Assembly: GCA_965240325.2 (NCBI GenBank)
Contig: OZ251249.1
Coordinates: forward strand, 62,001-126,000
Direction of reading: 5' to 3'
Source of the DNA: Rebecca billardiae RCC1528
Lineage: Eukaryota; Protista; Haptophyta
Length of the DNA: 64,000 nt
Of this stretch, positions 1 through 12,655 are shown piece after piece. The translations under genes were made by a program, and so were the position numbers. Below the pieces are notes generated by a model. The model searched no databases, was not told the DNA's origin, and was given only the letters and a program-made list of their open reading frames with translations. Every line of letters starts with the position of its first letter. The stretch's first letter is position 1.

Positions 1-2
1 GC

Positions 3-713
3 CGACGTGACAGCGAGCCGAGTGGCGTGCGCGCCAAGCCTTTGCACGCGCATATCGGCCGTCACGCGGAGGCCACCAACATCCGAGGTGGTCGGGGCGG
101 CGCCAGGGCGCGCCCAGGTCGACACCTTCGCGCCGCGATCGGACTGCAAGTAGAGCACGATGCGTGCGTACGGCGCACGCTCGTCGGCATCTCCTTCGAG
201 CAGCACGTTCCGGGTGATGGCGAGCGTGCCGGCGTGCAAATCTGGCAGCAGCGCGTACGAGGCACCGCGGTCGACACTCACGGTCGCGCCGCCCGGCGCG
301 TACAGCGCCCCGATCGCGACCCGCGCCAAGGCGCGCGCAGTCCCTTTCTCTGCCTCAGACTGGAGCTGGCCCAGCCCGCAGGCGGCTTCGTCGGGCGCCT
401 TCAGCCGGAAGGAGACCGAGGTGCGCGTCTGCTCGCTCCGCCGAGCAAAGGTGGGCGACCCAGGGAGCGCGTCGGGCACGCGCGCCGCGCCGCCCCCCGT
501 CGGCGCGGCTGCTGGACCCGGCGCGGCAGCGGGCAGCGCCGCGCACGTGGTCGCGCCCGCAGCTGCGCCGGCCGCCGCCCCCGAGGAGGAGGCGACACAG
601 CCGAGCGGCGGTGCCGTGCTGCCGGACGGCAGGGCAGCCGCAGCGGCTGCGGCGGCGGTGGCGGCCGCGGCGCTGCCCATCGACGGCGGATGGCCGCCGA
701 AGTGCCCGCCACT

Positions 714-763
<50 letters not shown>

Positions 764-908
764 GAGCGGCGGCGGAGGCGGAGGCGACACAGCCGAGCGG
801 CGGTGCCGTGCTGACGGGCGGCAGGGCAGCCGCGGTGGCGGCTGCGGCGGTGGTGGCGGCCGCGGCGCTGCCCATCGACGGCGGATGGCCGCCGAAGTGC
901 CCGCCACT

Positions 909-962
<54 letters not shown>

Positions 963-1112
963 GGGGGCCGCGGCGGAGGCGGAGGCGACACAGCCGAGCG
1001 GCGGTGCCGTGCTGCCGGACGGCAGGGCAGCCGCAGCGGCTGCGGCTGCGGCGGTGGTGGCGGCCGCGGCGCTGCCCATCGACGGCGGATGGCCGCCGAA
1101 GTGCCCGCCACT

Positions 1113-1171
<59 letters not shown>

Positions 1172-1316
1172 GAGCGGCGGCGGAGGCGGAGGCGACACAG
1201 CCGAGCGGCGGTGCCGTGCTGACGGGCGGCAGGGCAGCCGCGGTGGCGGCTGCGGCGGTGGTGGCGGCCGCGGCGCTGCCCATCGACGGCGGATGGCCGC
1301 CGAAGTGCCCGCCACT

Positions 1317-1370
<54 letters not shown>

Positions 1371-1520
1371 GGGAGCCGCGGCGGAGGCGGAGGCGACACA
1401 GCCGAGCGGCGGTGCCGTGCTGCCGGACGGCAGGGCAGCCGCAGCGGCTGCGGCTGCGGCGGTGGTGGCGGCCGCGGCGCTGCCCATCGACGGCGGATGG
1501 CCGCCGAAGTGCCCGCCACT

Positions 1521-1570
<50 letters not shown>

Positions 1571-1718
1571 GAGCGGCGGCGGAGGCGGAGGCGACACAGC
1601 CGAGCGGCGGTGCCGTGCTGACGGGCGGCAGGGCAGCCGCGGTGGCGGCTGCGGCGGCGGTGGTGGCGGCCGCGGCGCTGCCCATCGACGGCGGATGGCC
1701 GCCGAAGTGCCCGCCACT

Positions 1719-1766
<48 letters not shown>

Positions 1767-1916
1767 GGGAGCGGCGGCGGAGGCGGAGGCGACACAGCCG
1801 AGCGGCGGTGCCGTGCTGACGGGCGGCAGGGCAGCCGCGGTGGCGGCTGCGGCGTCGGTGGTGGCGGCCGCGGCGCTGCCCATCGACGGCGGATGGCCGC
1901 CGAAGTGCCCGCCACT

Positions 1917-1973
<57 letters not shown>

Positions 1974-2123
1974 GGGAGCCGCGGCGGAGGCGGAGGCGAC
2001 ACAGCCGAGCGGCGGTGCCGTGCTGCCGGACGGCAGGGCAGCCGCAGCGGCTGCGGCTGCGGCGGTGGTGGCGGCCGCGGCGCTGCCCATCGACGGCGGA
2101 TGGCCGCCGAAGTGCCCGCCACT

Positions 2124-2173
<50 letters not shown>

Positions 2174-2318
2174 GAGCGGCGGCGGAGGCGGAGGCGACAC
2201 AGCCGAGCGGCGGTGCCGTGCTGACGGGCGGCAGGGCAGCCGCGGTGGCGGCTGCGGCGGTGGTGGCGGCCGCGGCGCTGCCCATCGACGGCGGATGGCC
2301 GCCGAAGTGCCCGCCACT

Positions 2319-2366
<48 letters not shown>

Positions 2367-2516
2367 GGGAGCGGCGGCGGAGGCGGAGGCGACACAGCCG
2401 AGCGGCGGTGCCGTGCTGACGGGCGGCAGGGCAGCCGCGGTGGCGGCTGCGGCGGCGGTGGTGGCGGCCGCGGCGCTGCCCATCGACGGCGGATGGCCGC
2501 CGAAGTGCCCGCCACT

Positions 2517-2570
<54 letters not shown>

Positions 2571-2717
2571 GGCCGCCGCCCCCGAGGAGGAGGCGACACA
2601 GCCGAGCGGCGGTGCCGTGCTGCCGGACGGCAGGGCAGCCGCAGCGGCTGCGGCGGCGGTGGTGGCGGCCGCGGCGCTGCCCATCGACGGCGGATGGCCG
2701 CCGAAGTGCCCGCCACT

Positions 2718-2767
<50 letters not shown>

Positions 2768-2915
2768 GAGCGGCGGCGGAGGCGGAGGCGACACAGCCGA
2801 GCGGCGGTGCCGTGCTGACGGGCGGCAGGGCAGCCGCGGTGGCGGCTGCGGCGGCGGTGGTGGCGGCCGCGGCGCTGCCCATCGACGGCGGATGGCCGCC
2901 GAAGTGCCCGCCACT

Positions 2916-2962
<47 letters not shown>

Positions 2963-4910
2963 GAGCGGCGGCGGAGGCGGAGGCGACACAGCCGAGCGGC
3001 GGTGCCGTGCTGCCGGGCGGCAGGGCAGCCGCAGCGGCAGCAACGGCGGCGGTGCCGGCCGCGGCGCGGCCCGCCGACGGCGGATGGCCGCCGAAGTGCC
3101 CGCCAGCACCCGCTGCCTGCTGCGACGCCGTCGCCACGGTCGCCCCCGCCGTGGAGGCCAGCGCGCCCGGTCCACCCGCAGCCGGCCTGGCAGGCTCCCT
3201 TGGCGCGCCGCCAGGCTGGCCACCGCAGGCCGCCGTCCGGGTTGGACGGTTCGGGCTGCGCGCGCCTCCCTGCACGCCTGCGGCGCGTTCGAGCGGCCGA
3301 GCCCGTGGGCCGAACGCGAGCCGGCCCACGGCGTTCGTCGGCAGCGCCTTCTCAGGCTCCCGACGCGCTGCGAACTGCAGCCTGTCGTCACTGGCGTGCT
3401 GCAGCATACCGCCACCAGCATGCGTGCACGCGTTCACCAGCGCCGCGCGCACGCGCACAGCCGCCCCGCACTGCACATTGCGATTGGCACCCTTCCGCCG
3501 CGCGCCCGTTGTTTTCTGAGTCGGGGCGAGATGCCGGGCGAGCGAGCAACCCCCACCGCCCACTGGCTCGATCGTCGCGCCTCCGGTGTGCAGCGCGAGC
3601 GCAATCAGCGCGCACTGCAGCGTGAGCACGCGAGTGATGCTGCACGCGGCCACCGTCCCGCCGGCGGCGAGGGCAAAGCGATCCTCCATATGCGACTCGG
3701 CTGGAGATCCCATGGGCGCGGCGAGCCGCAGCACGCCGGCATGGTGTTTGACGCAATCGTCAGAGTTGACGCCCGTGCCCACGACGGCAGCCTCGCACGC
3801 GCGCACTAGCGCGGCGGCTGCACGCATCGGCTCCAATAGCGCGAGCCGAGCGTCACCGCGAGCGCGATGTTCGCCCTGCGCCTTGTCTGCCGCCACCTCG
3901 CGCATCGCCAGCTGGCTCTCTTTGTCGCGCGACCTCGCCAGCTCGGCTGCGCCGACAGCGTCGGGCCGAGGGCCATCGGCGGCCAACGAGGCCAGGCAGA
4001 GACCGGGGAGCTGCACACACAGCCACTGCACGTCGTGCTCGTCGCGCGCGTCGCACACGACAGCGTCGATGCGATCGCCTGGTACCGTCGACTGCACGAG
4101 GCCGCCTCGCCACGCCTCGACGGTGTCGCCCGACTCGCGCTGCGGCGCGGGCGCGTCCGTATCCAGCACCTTGAACACGCTCACGCACCACGAGGCGTCG
4201 GGCGCACCGTACAGCCCGTTGTCCTCGTCGTTGGCATCCAACTCCTTCGCGGCTCCCGCCTGGGCCGCCTGCGCCCACTGCTGCCGCGCCAGCACCGCTC
4301 CCTGCGGGCGGGCCGCGAGCACCTTGTGCACATCGCCGACGGTGACTGTGCCATCGCGCAGCTGCGCGAGCGCGTCCGCGACCGTGCAGCCGTCGACGAG
4401 GGCGAACGAGGCGGGGCGGGCGCCTGCGGGCGCGCCGGGCGCGTCGAACGCCTCCCCGAGCGTGTCGAGTGCCGACGCGGTGCCCACCGCCACCGGATCG
4501 AGGCGGCACTGGTCATCCGCGCGACCACTCGGAAAGAGCACAAAGGTGGCGACCGACTGTGCAGCTGCGCGCGCGCCACCACCGTCTGCCAGCGGCTGCA
4601 CGGACGCGGGGCGCGCGGCGACCAGCAGCACGTCGCCGGCTCCGTCCGGCAGCGATACCCGGTCCACGTGGGTCAGAGCAGTCGTCGGGGCCCACCGCCC
4701 CCCAGAGATGTCACCGCCGCCGTCGGCGGCAGCGGCAAAGTCGCGCGCGCGCGCCACTGCCGTGAAGAGCGTGGCGAGCAGCGGGCCGCTGCCGTCATCG
4801 GCAGCAGGTGCGAGCTCGGCGAGGGCGGGCTCGCGGAGCACGACGAGCGGCACCTGCCGCGCGCCCGCTTGGCTGCTCGCGCCACCGTCGTCGGTAGTGA
4901 GGCTCGCCAT
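3..4910 (-). CDS. Large intronless ORF (>1630 aa, runs off the left edge) with 13 Ala-rich repeats; unknown product
   Basis: Manual translation from ATG (cat 4908-4910) reads MASLTTDDGGASSQAGARQVPLVVLREP... with no stop seen to position 3. Codons mostly end in G/C. It is absent from the ORF track, presumably because it has no stop in the window. Track ORFs 27..3809 and 3867..5024 are its antisense shadows. Confidence 0.6.
575..3107. repeat. Minisatellite, ~200-bp unit x13, each with variable (GCG)n tracts
   Basis: Anchor gcgacacagccgagcggcggtgccgtgctg recurs 13 times. Unit length varies only by triplets. Confidence 0.95.
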
Positions 4911-5039
4911 AGCTCGGCGGCGTACCACACTCGACGAGGCAGTTTGGGCTCGCTCACCGGCACGCCAAGGAAGCTTCCGGCCGGACAAGGGCGGCGATTG
5001 GTGATTCGGATACAAGTTTACTAAGAATAAGAGACGCAC

Positions 5040-6147
5040 CAAGGGAGGTCCGGGCCGGGAGCTCCCAGCGAGCGGCCAGCGCGACGTCACTGCAAAGTTT
5101 TTCCCTGAGCGCCGGGCGGTGGCGGCGGCGAGGGCGAGTGCTCCGCTGGCGGGGCGCGCACGGGGCACAGCGCTGCGGGCGCGGATGTGCCCGCAGAGCC
5201 GGCGCGTGCGGACGGGCTGTTTGCGGGAGAGCACTCGGCGCCCTCCTGCGCCTCGCGTCTTGCGCCACGCCTCTTTCGCCTCGGCTCAGGGCAGCGCGCA
5301 CATGCGCGCCGCGTCAAGGCCAGCCTTGCCTGCGCCGCAGCCGACCGCGCGCGCGCCGTGCGCGGCGTGGTCGGGAACGAACGGGCGCTGCTGCCGGGCG
5401 AGATGGCGACACCACGCGCGCACGCCATGCCGCCCCGCGATGCCGCGAAAGGGCACGGCAATAGATGTGCACAGCTGTTGACGAGTGCTGATCACTTGTC
5501 GTGCCAAGCCAGACCTGAGCTCGAAGAAGCTGATGAAAGAGCATCAGCGCGAGGAAAGCGTCGCATCCAGCACCTCTACATGACCACACGATGATGAACA
5601 TCCATGTAAGAGTAGCCCGCGCGCCCGTCTGGCACTGTTCTGCGTCTCAATGATTGTCCCGACAAGGGACCGCGAGGCTGCGTGCACACCATTTGTGACA
5701 AGTCGAAGAGGCATGCAAACGGACCGACGACACGCTCGTCAAGGCGTGGCGGGGCGGCATGGCGTGCGCGCATGGTGTCGCCATCTCGCCCGGCAGCAGC
5801 GCCCGTTCGTTCCCGACCACGCCGCGCACGGCGCGCGCGCGGTCGGCTGCGGCGCAGGCAAGGCTGGCCTTGAGGCGGCGCGTGCGTGCGCGCTGCTCTG
5901 AGCCGAGGCGAAAGAGGCGTGGCGCAAGTCGCGAGGCGCAGGAGGGCGCCGAGTGCTCTCCCGCAAACAGCCCGTCCGCACGCGCCGGCTCTGCGGGCAC
6001 ATCCGCGCCCGCAGCGCTGTGCCCCGTGCGCGCCCCGCCAGCGGAGCACTCGCCCTCGCCGCCGCCACCGCCCGGCGCTCAGGGAAAAACTTTGCAGTGA
6101 CGTCGCGCTGGCCGCTCGCTGGGAGCTCCCGGCCCGGACCTCCCTTG
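5040..6147. mobile_element. Foldback MITE with ~400-bp inverted arms, CAAGGG..CCCTTG ends and 7-bp TSD (P-element-like)
   Basis: Arms ~5040-5437 and ~5750-6147 are near-perfect reverse complements. GACGCAC is duplicated at 5033-5039 and 6148-6154. Confidence 0.85.
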
Positions 6148-6265
6148 GACGCACACAGCTCAGGCAGGCGAGATTGACGCCCGCCAACAAGTAAGGGGTT
6201 AAGCCACTATATAACTGTCAGGCAGCCGCCATCGTGCGGCGACGTGCCCGCGGCCGACGTGCGCG

Positions 6266-6410
6266 AATTTGTGCGACGGCGGCAGCGATGAGGTCGCGGT
6301 CCCCGGCCGCTCCGACGCGCTCTTGACTTCCGCGTGGGACGTGCGGAGGTCAAGAACCCATCCTACTCGTCGCCGGTGCCAACCTCGCCGCTAGCGGCGT
6401 CGCACAAATT
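6266..6410. other. ~145-nt imperfect hairpin (small MITE-like or structured RNA)
   Basis: Outer stem AATTTGTGCGACG/CGTCGCACAAATT; inner stem TCTTGACTTCCGC/GCGGAGGTCAAGA. Confidence 0.6.
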
Positions 6411-6692
6411 TGATGATTGGTACCTTGGGCATGGCCCGCGGCCCGCATGCCAGGTCCGCGCGGCGCTCGGTGGGCAAGCGAGCCAAGGGGCGCAGCGAGT
6501 CCGGTGCGGCTGTCGTACGGGTCGAGCGCGAGCGCCGAGTCGCAGCCGCGCGCGCGCCGCGCCGCTGGCGCCGGGTCGCCCGGGGGAGAAGGCGCAGCTG
6601 CAGTGCTCCTCTGCCATCGCGCGATCCGCCGGCAGAAAGACCAGACTTTGCGCCCAGTTTTGACCTAGTATGATGACTCGGTACCGCCCAGC

Positions 6693-7800
6693 CAAGGGAG
6701 TTCTTCAAAGACTGGTGCCCGCGCCCCAGTGGCGCGCTCGGCGGATGTTGGGACTCACCTTTTTGCCCGGCGCCCTGCGGCGGCTGCGGCGAGGGCGTGC
6801 TCCGCTGGCGGGGCGAGCGCACGGGGCACGGCGCTGCGGGCGCGGATGTGCCCGCGAAGCCGGCGCGTGCAGACGGGCTGTTGCGGGAGAGTATTCGGCG
6901 CCCTCCTGCGCCGCGCGACTTGCGCCACGCCTCTTTCGCCTCGGCTCAGAGCAGCGCGCACGCACGCGCCGCCTCAAGGCCAGCCTTGCCGCGCCGCAGC
7001 CGGTCGCGCGCGCGCCGTGCGCGGCGTGGTCGGGAAGGAACGGGCGATGCTGCCGGGCGAGATGGCGACATCATGTGCGCACGACATGCCGCCCCGCGGC
7101 GCCTTGATGAGCGTGTCGTCGGTCTGTTTGCATGCCTCTTCGACTTGTCACAAATGGTGTGCACAGCCTCGCGGTCGTGACCCTTGTCGGGACGATCATT
7201 GAGACACAGAACAGTTCCAGACGGCCGCGCGGGCTACTCTTGCATCAGGGTGTTCATCACCGCGTGGTCATGTAGAAGTGCTGGGTGCGACGCTTTCCTC
7301 GCGCTGATGCTCTTTCATCATCTTCCTCGAGCTCAGGTCTGGCTTCAGGCACGACAAGTAATCAGCACTCGTCAACAGCCGTGCGGATCCGTTCTCGTGC
7401 CCTTTCGCGGCGTGGCGAGGCGGCATGTCGTGCGCTCATGCCGTCGCCATCTCGCCCGGCAGCAGCGCCCGCTCCTTCCCGACCACGCCGCGCACGGCGC
7501 ACGCGCGGCCAGCTGCGGCGCGGCAAGGCTGGCCTTGAGGCGGCGCGTGCGTGCGCGCTGCTCTGAGCCGAGGCGAAAGAGGCGTGGCGCAAGTCGCGCG
7601 GCGCAGGAGGGCGCCAGATGCTCTCCCGCAACAGCCCGTCCGCACGCGCCGGCTTCGCGGGCACATCCGCGCCCGCAGCGCCGTGCCCCGTGCGCTCCCC
7701 CCGCCAGCGGAGCACGCCATCGCCGCCGCCCGCCGCAGGCCGCGGGCAAAAATATGTGTGCTCGGCACATCCGCCGAGCGCGCCCTTTGACTCCGCGTGG
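6693..7800. mobile_element. Second, more diverged copy of the foldback MITE, in opposite orientation
   Basis: Starts CAAGGGAG at 6693. Arms are homologous to 5040-6147, and the spacer ~7100-7420 is the reverse complement of ~5440-5745. The right end is eroded and no TSD was recovered. Confidence 0.75.
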
Positions 7801-9069
7801 GCGCGGGACCGGGTGGGCCTCGATACCCGGGTACGGTACCTACTGACGATGCGCGACGGAACACGCCGCGGCCCGCGGGCGTGAGAAGGTGGAGGGGCGC
7901 CAGCCCGGCGCGGCTCTGCCCCAACCCGAGCCGCCCGGGCTCACGAAGTCTGCGCACCGCGCACGGGGTCGGCATCACAGCCTGCCCTCGTGCACTCGCC
8001 GCACGCACGCACGGAGCTCACGCCACCACACGGCAGCCGCGCTGCGGCGAGCCCGCGGCCCGGCCGGCTGGTCGTAAGGAGGCGTATGCCAGTGGCTGGG
8101 CCTCGAGTGCGGGATGCGCTAGCGAGACGACTGCAAGGGGTCACGGGCAAGGGCAGCGGGTGCTTCGCACACCCACATCCCCACTGCCGGCCGCCATTGA
8201 CGAGCGGCATCGGCTGCAGCCACCCGCGATCACGAGTGGGTCTGTGCGTGCGGTCTCTGGGCACGGCTCGGACGGACAATCCGCCCGCCGTGGGCGCCGC
8301 CGCGCGGGCAGCCGGGGCTGGCCACGACGACGAGCATGCGCCCTGCACGTCGTCCGCACTGCCGTCCGAGTCCGTGCGCCGGCCCAATCGCTGCGAGCCC
8401 CTCGCCTCCCTGCTAGCAGCAGCGGGCAGAGCGCACATCAGAGCTGGCCACGTCTCGGCACCGTCTCTATTTCGTTGATACTACACGGTGATGCACGCAC
8501 GTACTATGACATGCCGACTCGACACTGCCGCAGCGGCGGCGACCGACATGAATGAACAGTCATCCGACGAGCCTGAATAAGAGCGGTCGTCACTTCATCA
8601 ATCCGGTCTGACTCGGATGTCCCACTGCTGTCCTGTGCCATCGCTGCGTTTTTCCACGGGCCGGTCCGCCAGACCGCGAAACAATTCACGCATTTTCAGA
8701 GCGAGTCGCGGCTCCGCCTTCCCATTGGTCGGTTGGGGGGGGATCGAAAAATGAGCGGTCGCCAAAGTGAGACATATTATCTCAATACCATCAGGCGAAA
8801 GACTGGAATCAGGAAGAAAACGAGCCAATGGTCATCCCGGAAGGCATGATGGCTTGGCCGCAATCTCCTTAGCATCTCAGCAATCTTCGCTCCTTTTTTG
8901 TGTCCTTCTCCACCTCCACGAGGCCTGGACGAGATCGCTTGCGAGCGGAAGGGCTTCGGGTCGAGACTCGAGTAGAGCGCGTCAAAGCGAAGGGGAGCCG
9001 CTGGCTCGCTGGCTCCGTGAGGTTCAAGGCAGCTAGCCGCCGACGCTGATGGCGAAGACGGCGGCTGGC

Positions 9070-9786
9070 CAAGGGCCGTAAGGGCACCCAACTCCCAGTG
9101 CGGCCAGCTCGGAGGTTGAGGTGCCTCTGTCTGTCTCGTGGCCTCGCGACTCGCGTCCGGCCGGCGTGCTTCAAACGCTGCGCGAGGGCGCGACGTCGAG
9201 CGCTCTGCCTGGATGACTGGCGGCGATGCCGAACCCGGACGGCTCGCCGCTGAGCGGCGCGGGTCAAGGCTCTCCTGACACGCGCGTGAGTCCGCCAGGC
9301 TCGCCTCTTTCGCCTCTCGGCCCGTGCAATCGGCAGTTGCCAACGCGGCGCGCGAGCTCACTCGTGCCGTGCGCGCCAGCAGCAAACGGAGCGCTCGGGC
9401 TGCTTGCACCGGGCACGCAGGGGCAAGCGTGGGCGCCCGCCCGCACTTTGGCTTGTAGGCCCCTACGGGCAGCCTCCATGTCCGCCTGACGCACTTCCGT
9501 TCCCGGCGGTCGGCTGCTCGACTCGTCGCGCGTCCGGTGGCCTCAGCCGAGCTGCGCTCGGCTCGCCCCCACCTCCGCCTCCACCTCCGCCTCGCCATCA
9601 GCACTGTCCGCCTCGCCCGCCGCGCGCCGCCCGCCGCGCGCCGCCCGCCGCGGCGCCCCGTCATGCCCGCACCCTCGCCTCCCGCGTCTTCGGCGACGGG
9701 CCACTCACCGCGGGCACTCACGGAGGCGAGCACAACAGAGGCGCCCCAACCTCCGCACTGGGAGTTGGGTGCCCTTACGGCCCTTG
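9070..9786. mobile_element. P-like MITE with ~35-55-bp TIRs (CAAGGGCCGTAAGGGCACCCAACTCCCAGTGCGG) and 7-bp TSD
   Basis: TIRs at 9070 and 9786. GGCTGGC is duplicated at 9063-9069 and 9787-9793. Confidence 0.9.
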
Positions 9787-11089
9787 GGCTGGCGATGGTC
9801 GCAACTCAAGTGGGATTGGGGATTGGAAGATGGGCTGAAAGACCAGGCATCGTATTCAACTCCAGCCGACCAACACTGCAGCTCTGTGATGCGGGCCCGG
9901 CCACTGTACTGTACACGGCAGGCCCGCCGGGCTTGCGTCGCGCCGCAGGTTGGGGTCGCCGGCCTTCCTATAGGCGCTCACCACGGCTCTTGCGACGGTG
10001 ACGGTGACATGGATGAAGACGATGGCGACGCCTTTCACGACGCTGCCTCTGCGTGGCCAGACTCGCTGCGCAGTCGATCGGCCGGATGCACATCAAAAGG
10101 GTGGTGGCGGGCCGGTCCGCGGCGGGCAAGCTCATCATGTCGTTCGGGCCTGGCGTCCGCGGCATGTGCCGTTTTCACCTCCCGCAGGTCGCATTTGAGC
10201 TGATGGAGTTATGCGGCGACGTCCTCAAGACCGGGCCAGAGGATCACAGCGTGGAGTGCAACGCTTGTTTTGCCGGGCGGTGAGCCGCGCGTGTTGATTC
10301 GCCGCGAATGATCGCTCGGCGACGACGACTACCGGTCGTCGACTATACGGCCGCGTACGTACTGCTATAATAACGGCGGTATAACTATCGGACCGTGTAG
10401 TCTTAGTACCGGCGGGCCGTGGCGCGCCGCCGAGTCGTGCCGATTCCAGGACGTTATTCCGCCTATTCGTTCCGACGACTCATCCGACGTCGGGCCCGCG
10501 CGCGCACTTGTTAGCCCGTTATTATTACTCGTCGTTGTTCACCTACTTCCTGAATTCCTCATCCCGATCCGAGTCCGACTCAGAAGTCAGTGTCAGATCC
10601 GGGCGCTGCGCCATCAGTGCGGGCGGCGTCACCACTTCTGTCGCCGCCGGCGGAACGTCTCCGCCGCCGGTCGGACCGGCGCTAGAAGTCGTAGATGAAT
10701 TGCTGGCGCTATTGCTACTGCTAGATCCGAGTATCCGTCCGAGACGTGATGCGGCACCGTAATCCCGTGATGGGACATGAGTCTGGTCCGGCGGCGGCAC
10801 TCGCCAATCGCGATAGTTCGACACGCGGTGACTGCATGCTCTGATGATGATCGTCATCTGTATATTGAGTGACTGGCGGGCAGCAGAGTGACGACGACGC
10901 CCACCGCGCTGTCGTCCGTCTAGTGCCAAGCTCCCAAGAGTCGTCGGGCCTTTGACTCAATTCCCTTTGACGCGGGGCGCCGTGCGCACCGGCGCTGCAA
11001 TAACTCGCCAACTCGGCATCGTCACGAGTCTGCACGGGCCTCGGCCGATTTGGTGAACCCAGCGGCGTGCACTGCCGCGAGCGTGCTGC

Positions 11090-11432
11090 CCGGGCTGACC
11101 TTGGATTCGATGCCAGAGTGATAAGACATGACAATTCCATAGTCTGTGCTTGCCCTCCCCACCGTACCCGCGTACGCCGCGAGTGCCTCCGTACGAGTTC
11201 ATGGCCGCGTAGAACGGCGCACCGTGCGGCGGGCGACGAGGCCGCACTCGTGAGCTGCATGCTGCATCCAGGCAACGCCTTGGACGCGTACCTGTGCTTC
11301 CTGAGAAGGCGGGCCTCACGCCTGGCTGCGCTGGTGTCGGTGGACGCCCTGAGCTTCACCGCAGCCAGCCCACCCTGGGCGTCGACAACCTTGTTTACAA
11401 ACCGTGCCGTGCAGGAGCCCGCTCCCACAAGC
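11090..11432 (-). pseudogene. Protein kinase N-lobe remnant
   Basis: LVGAGS...VNKVVDAQGGLAAVK...AARREARLLRKH resembles kinase subdomains I-III. It is followed by a GT donor and frameshifted, decayed sequence. Confidence 0.45.
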
Positions 11433-12598
11433 TGCTCTCACAGTGAGCCGCAGCTGGGACATCCATCTGTTCGGCCTCCTCGCTGGGGAGCGTCAGGTCG
11501 AGCGCCGGAACTTCCGACTTGCGCGAGCCCAGCAGCCGGCCGAGCGGGCGCCCAGCCGCGCGCGCTCTCCCCCTCCGCGCGGCGCAGCGTGAATGAAGGC
11601 GGGCGCGCACGACGTTGATTGAGAAAGAGCTCCTCCTCCTGCACGCGCAGGCTCCACAGCACGAGCGCGCCCGATGCGAAGAGGAAAGCATCGAAGGGTG
11701 CGGGCAGCGGCGTGCTCGTCGCGCTCCCACTGAGAGCGCGACGTGGGCAACGTGAACGTCACGTGCCGACGGGCGTCGGTCAGACGACGTGGACGGGAGG
11801 CGAGCAGCGCGGCGGAGGAGACGTGGGTGCCAGTGAGCGTGCACGGCGCGGACGGCTCCCCGCCGCAGGGCGGCGTCGTGTGCTCGCCCGCCGGCCGCCC
11901 GTGCTCTAGGATCCTCAGAATCCTAAGAAGTCCGCCTCGCCGGGCCGCGTTGAGAGCCCCAACTGAAAACTCCCAAGGGGGGCTTCCAGGTCTTGCATCT
12001 GAAGACCACGATCTCCGTCCGATCTTCGTTTAGTCTATTGGTGCGACGAAGCAGGAATATGATTTTCTTTTGTCCTCCGCGTGTCGATCTCGCCGGCTCG
12101 CAAGCCAAGCCTTTCAGAAACGCGGCGGACCGCAGCCATAGGACTGCGGGTCCTATGAGTACAGTGACCCGTATGCCACAGGCACAGGACAGCCACAGGG
12201 ACGCCACTCAGTATATATATATAGATCGACGACATTTTCTCATATTGCCGAATGGTACGACTGCTGCACCTATAGGGGTCGGTAGCAGTGTCGCCACCAT
12301 CCGCCAGAGCGAGCTTGTTGTGATTTTCGACCACCACCGCATGTTTTGGGCTGGGGGGCAGTCAAGGTGGACGCGAGTCGTCGTCACTCGGACCGACTAT
12401 AGTCTATACTTACTCGACGATCGTCGTCGGCACTTAACTGTGATGAGTGACTACGCGAGTTATCGGATGACGACAGGCATCATCTGCAGCGCGCTAGTCT
12501 GTTTTAGAAGTTCCGGCCGGTAATTGACACTCTGACTGAGAGTGACAGCCCGTCGTGATGACTGCGTGTGATGAGTGAGCCACCGTCCTCGCATGGCG

Positions 12599-12601
<3 letters not shown>

Positions 12602-12651
<50 letters not shown>
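12602..12651. repeat. (GA)n microsatellite
   Basis: Directly visible. Confidence 0.98.

Positions 12652-12655
<4 letters not shown>

Noticed and set aside
27-3809. Long Gly-, Ala- and Pro-rich ORFs 27..3809(+), 160..3519(+) and 401..3421(-)
   Set aside because: Alternative or antisense frames of a stop-free GC minisatellite. The unlisted minus frame has the better coding signature outside the repeat.
6193-6203. AGGGGTTAA as a piggyBac end
   Set aside because: No matching TTAACCC partner noticed.
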